From assembly GCF_009914755.1 (NCBI RefSeq), contig NC_060929.1: a stretch of DNA of 64,000 bases. One strand, given 5' to 3'. Positions 63,235 to 64,000 of the stretch are shown here, one piece after another; the stretch's first letter is position 1; each line of letters begins with the position of its first letter. Source of the stretch: the human T2T-CHM13v2.0 reference genome, Homo sapiens. A program made the translations under genes and the position numbers. The notes under the pieces are model-generated. The model had not been told where the DNA came from. It did not search any database and saw only the letters and a program-made list of their open reading frames with translations.

Positions 63235-64000
63235 AACTGAAGTCTCAGAGAAATATAACCATTCACATTACTCCTACCCTATACATGCCTCCTGCCCCCT
63301 TTTCAAAGGTATGTAAATCCTAAACCTCCTAAAAACCTCAGAAAAAACACCCACATATGTGTCTGTTGCTTATGTTATTCCCTAGATTCACCCTAGAGCT
63401 GGCTTAACAAACCTGGGTGAGGGAGACTCATGCCTCAGTCGCTCATTGCAGTTGTCAGCTTCTTAGAAAGAAATTGGAAACGCAGACAGCTTTCACAGCA
63501 TATCCCAAACCAAACGCACTCTGAATTCTCGGAACTTTGAGTTGGGTGGGAGGCTTGCTTCCCCATGTATTTTGGATGAAGCACATGTGGACACCAGCAC
63601 TAGGGAACAGCCATGATTCCACAACTCAAGCAAAGTGAAATGATCACGTAAGTAGAAAATGCAGGAAGTGAAAAGCAGACATTTTCCTCCCCATCCTAGA
63701 CTTTTAGTCAAATTGCCCTCTTCAGCTTAGCTCTGAGAGACTTGGCCACATTTTTCAAGCCTGATAGTAAGAAGCAGTTCAAAGCGGATCAGCGACGAAC
63801 TGTGAATGTCATGGACAGAGAAGGGCAGATGGCAAGAAAGAGAAGCCAAGACAGGTGCTTCTTGGGCCTCACATGGAGGTTTGCCCTGCCTTGGTGAGTG
63901 GGACAACTGGACTTCCAGTTAGACATGTCCTGGGTAAGGGTCTGCTGTCACCATAGCCAACCAAAAGGGTTTCTTGTATTGAAAAGCCCAGACAGGGGTA

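Overview
Primate (human-like) intergenic or intronic DNA with no supportable protein-coding gene, RNA gene or CRISPR array. The listed ORFs are short chance frames or translations of repeats. A large share of the window is interspersed repeats: Alus, old L1M fragments, an L1PA, L2/MIR, MaLR LTRs (THE1/MST/MLT1), ERV1 MER4-group LTRs, a decayed Hsmar2 mariner and hAT MITEs. Many have target-site duplications (TSDs) readable by eye. Family and subfamily names come from recalled consensus sequences, not a database run. The main interest is a set of structural scars: (1) a chimeric MST-type element with two outward-facing LTR 3' ends inside one TSD (29869-30844); (2) a ~185-bp non-repeat inverted duplication bracketing a 3'-truncated Hsmar2, suggesting an ancient staggered-break inversion (42790-45648); (3) a MER4-type LTR with its head inverted behind its body; (4) an internally inverted old L1; (5) a twin-primed L1PA; (6) a 42-bp micro-retrocopy; (7) a 45-bp-arm hairpin. 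I see no evidence for a new protein-based system.
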